A stretch of DNA of 15,740 bases from Promethearchaeota archaeon (lineage in GTDB: Archaea > Asgardarchaeota > Lokiarchaeia > Sigyniarchaeales > SOKP01): assembly GCA_016839745.1 (NCBI GenBank), contig JAEOTS010000102.1:1-15740 (forward strand), in the 5' to 3' direction. Position numbers and translations under genes: made by a program. Below the pieces are notes generated by a model, which saw only the letters and a list, made by a program, of their open reading frames with translations, had not been told where the DNA came from and ran no database searches. Numbering within the stretch: position 1 is the stretch's first letter; each line of letters opens with the position of its first letter. Positions 15,529 to 15,740 of this stretch are shown here, one piece after another.

Positions 15529-15541
15529 TTTTTTTTTTTTT
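15529..15541 (+). terminator. Oligo-T terminator candidate
   Basis: T13 run 30 nt after the stop at 15498. Confidence 0.4.
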
Positions 15542-15566
15542 CTAGGAAAGTCGGTTTTTAAAAGTT

Positions 15567-15740
15567 TTAATAAGGTAGTAAATCCGATACCATCCCCCAT
15601 ATAACTTCGTATATTACGGAATATCCAAAAACAAAGTACAGAATTGTGCCTACTATATAGATAACTATCGCGGTAATCGATTTCCATTTATGTTCTGTTT
15701 CGTTATATCCAATTATCCCAAGGATTAACCCCATTAAACC
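15567..15740 (-). CDS. Membrane protein, C-terminal fragment (truncated by window end)
   Basis: Not in the ORF track. The minus frame from 15740 reads GLMGLILGIIGYNETEHKWKSITAIVIYIVGTILYFVFGYSVIYEVIWGMVSDLLPY*, giving hydrophobic helices around a short polar loop. Confidence 0.75.
   Translation of the reverse strand, partial: GLMGLILGIIGYNETEHKWKSITAIVIYIVGTILYFVFGYSVIYEVIWGMVSDLLPY

Noticed and set aside
15460-15687. 75-aa minus-strand ORF in the track
   Set aside because: It overlaps, in another frame, the more convincing membrane-protein C-terminus (15567-15740), runs through the T13 tract and overlaps the 69-aa ORF.
1-15740. Eukaryotic origin or contamination suggested by the Rab1-like sequence
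   Set aside because: Genes are dense and intronless, archaeal MfnA and ACD are present, there is an SD-coupled operon, and prenylation motifs are absent. All of this fits an Asgard archaeon.

Overview
AT-rich archaeal-type window. Its gene content (three small Ras-superfamily GTPases, a longin-like protein, zinc-ribbon proteins, archaeal MfnA and an ADP-forming acyl-CoA synthetase alpha subunit) strongly suggests an Asgard archaeon, probably Lokiarchaeia-like; this is inference. Eukaryotic-signature genes alternate with branched-chain amino acid and CoA-precursor genes in the order: MazG-like (partial), mfnA, Zn-ribbon/Ig-like protein, 589-aa Rab-like GTPase with a long repeat-bearing tail, panB, Arf/Rag-like GTPase with a roadblock-like C-terminus, ilvE, 169-aa small GTPase, longin-TPR protein. 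The rest holds two membrane proteins, an ACD alpha subunit, a translationally coupled wHTH regulator + ARPP-1/DUF6569-like gene pair with a tandem palindromic operator candidate, a small ORF and a partial membrane protein. No rRNA, tRNA, CRISPR array or mobile element was recognised. The best candidate for an undescribed system is the GTPase/longin cluster embedded in BCAA-pantothenate metabolism. The extended Rab and the HTH-ARPP-1 operon come next. All family calls come from motif recognition by eye, without database searches.
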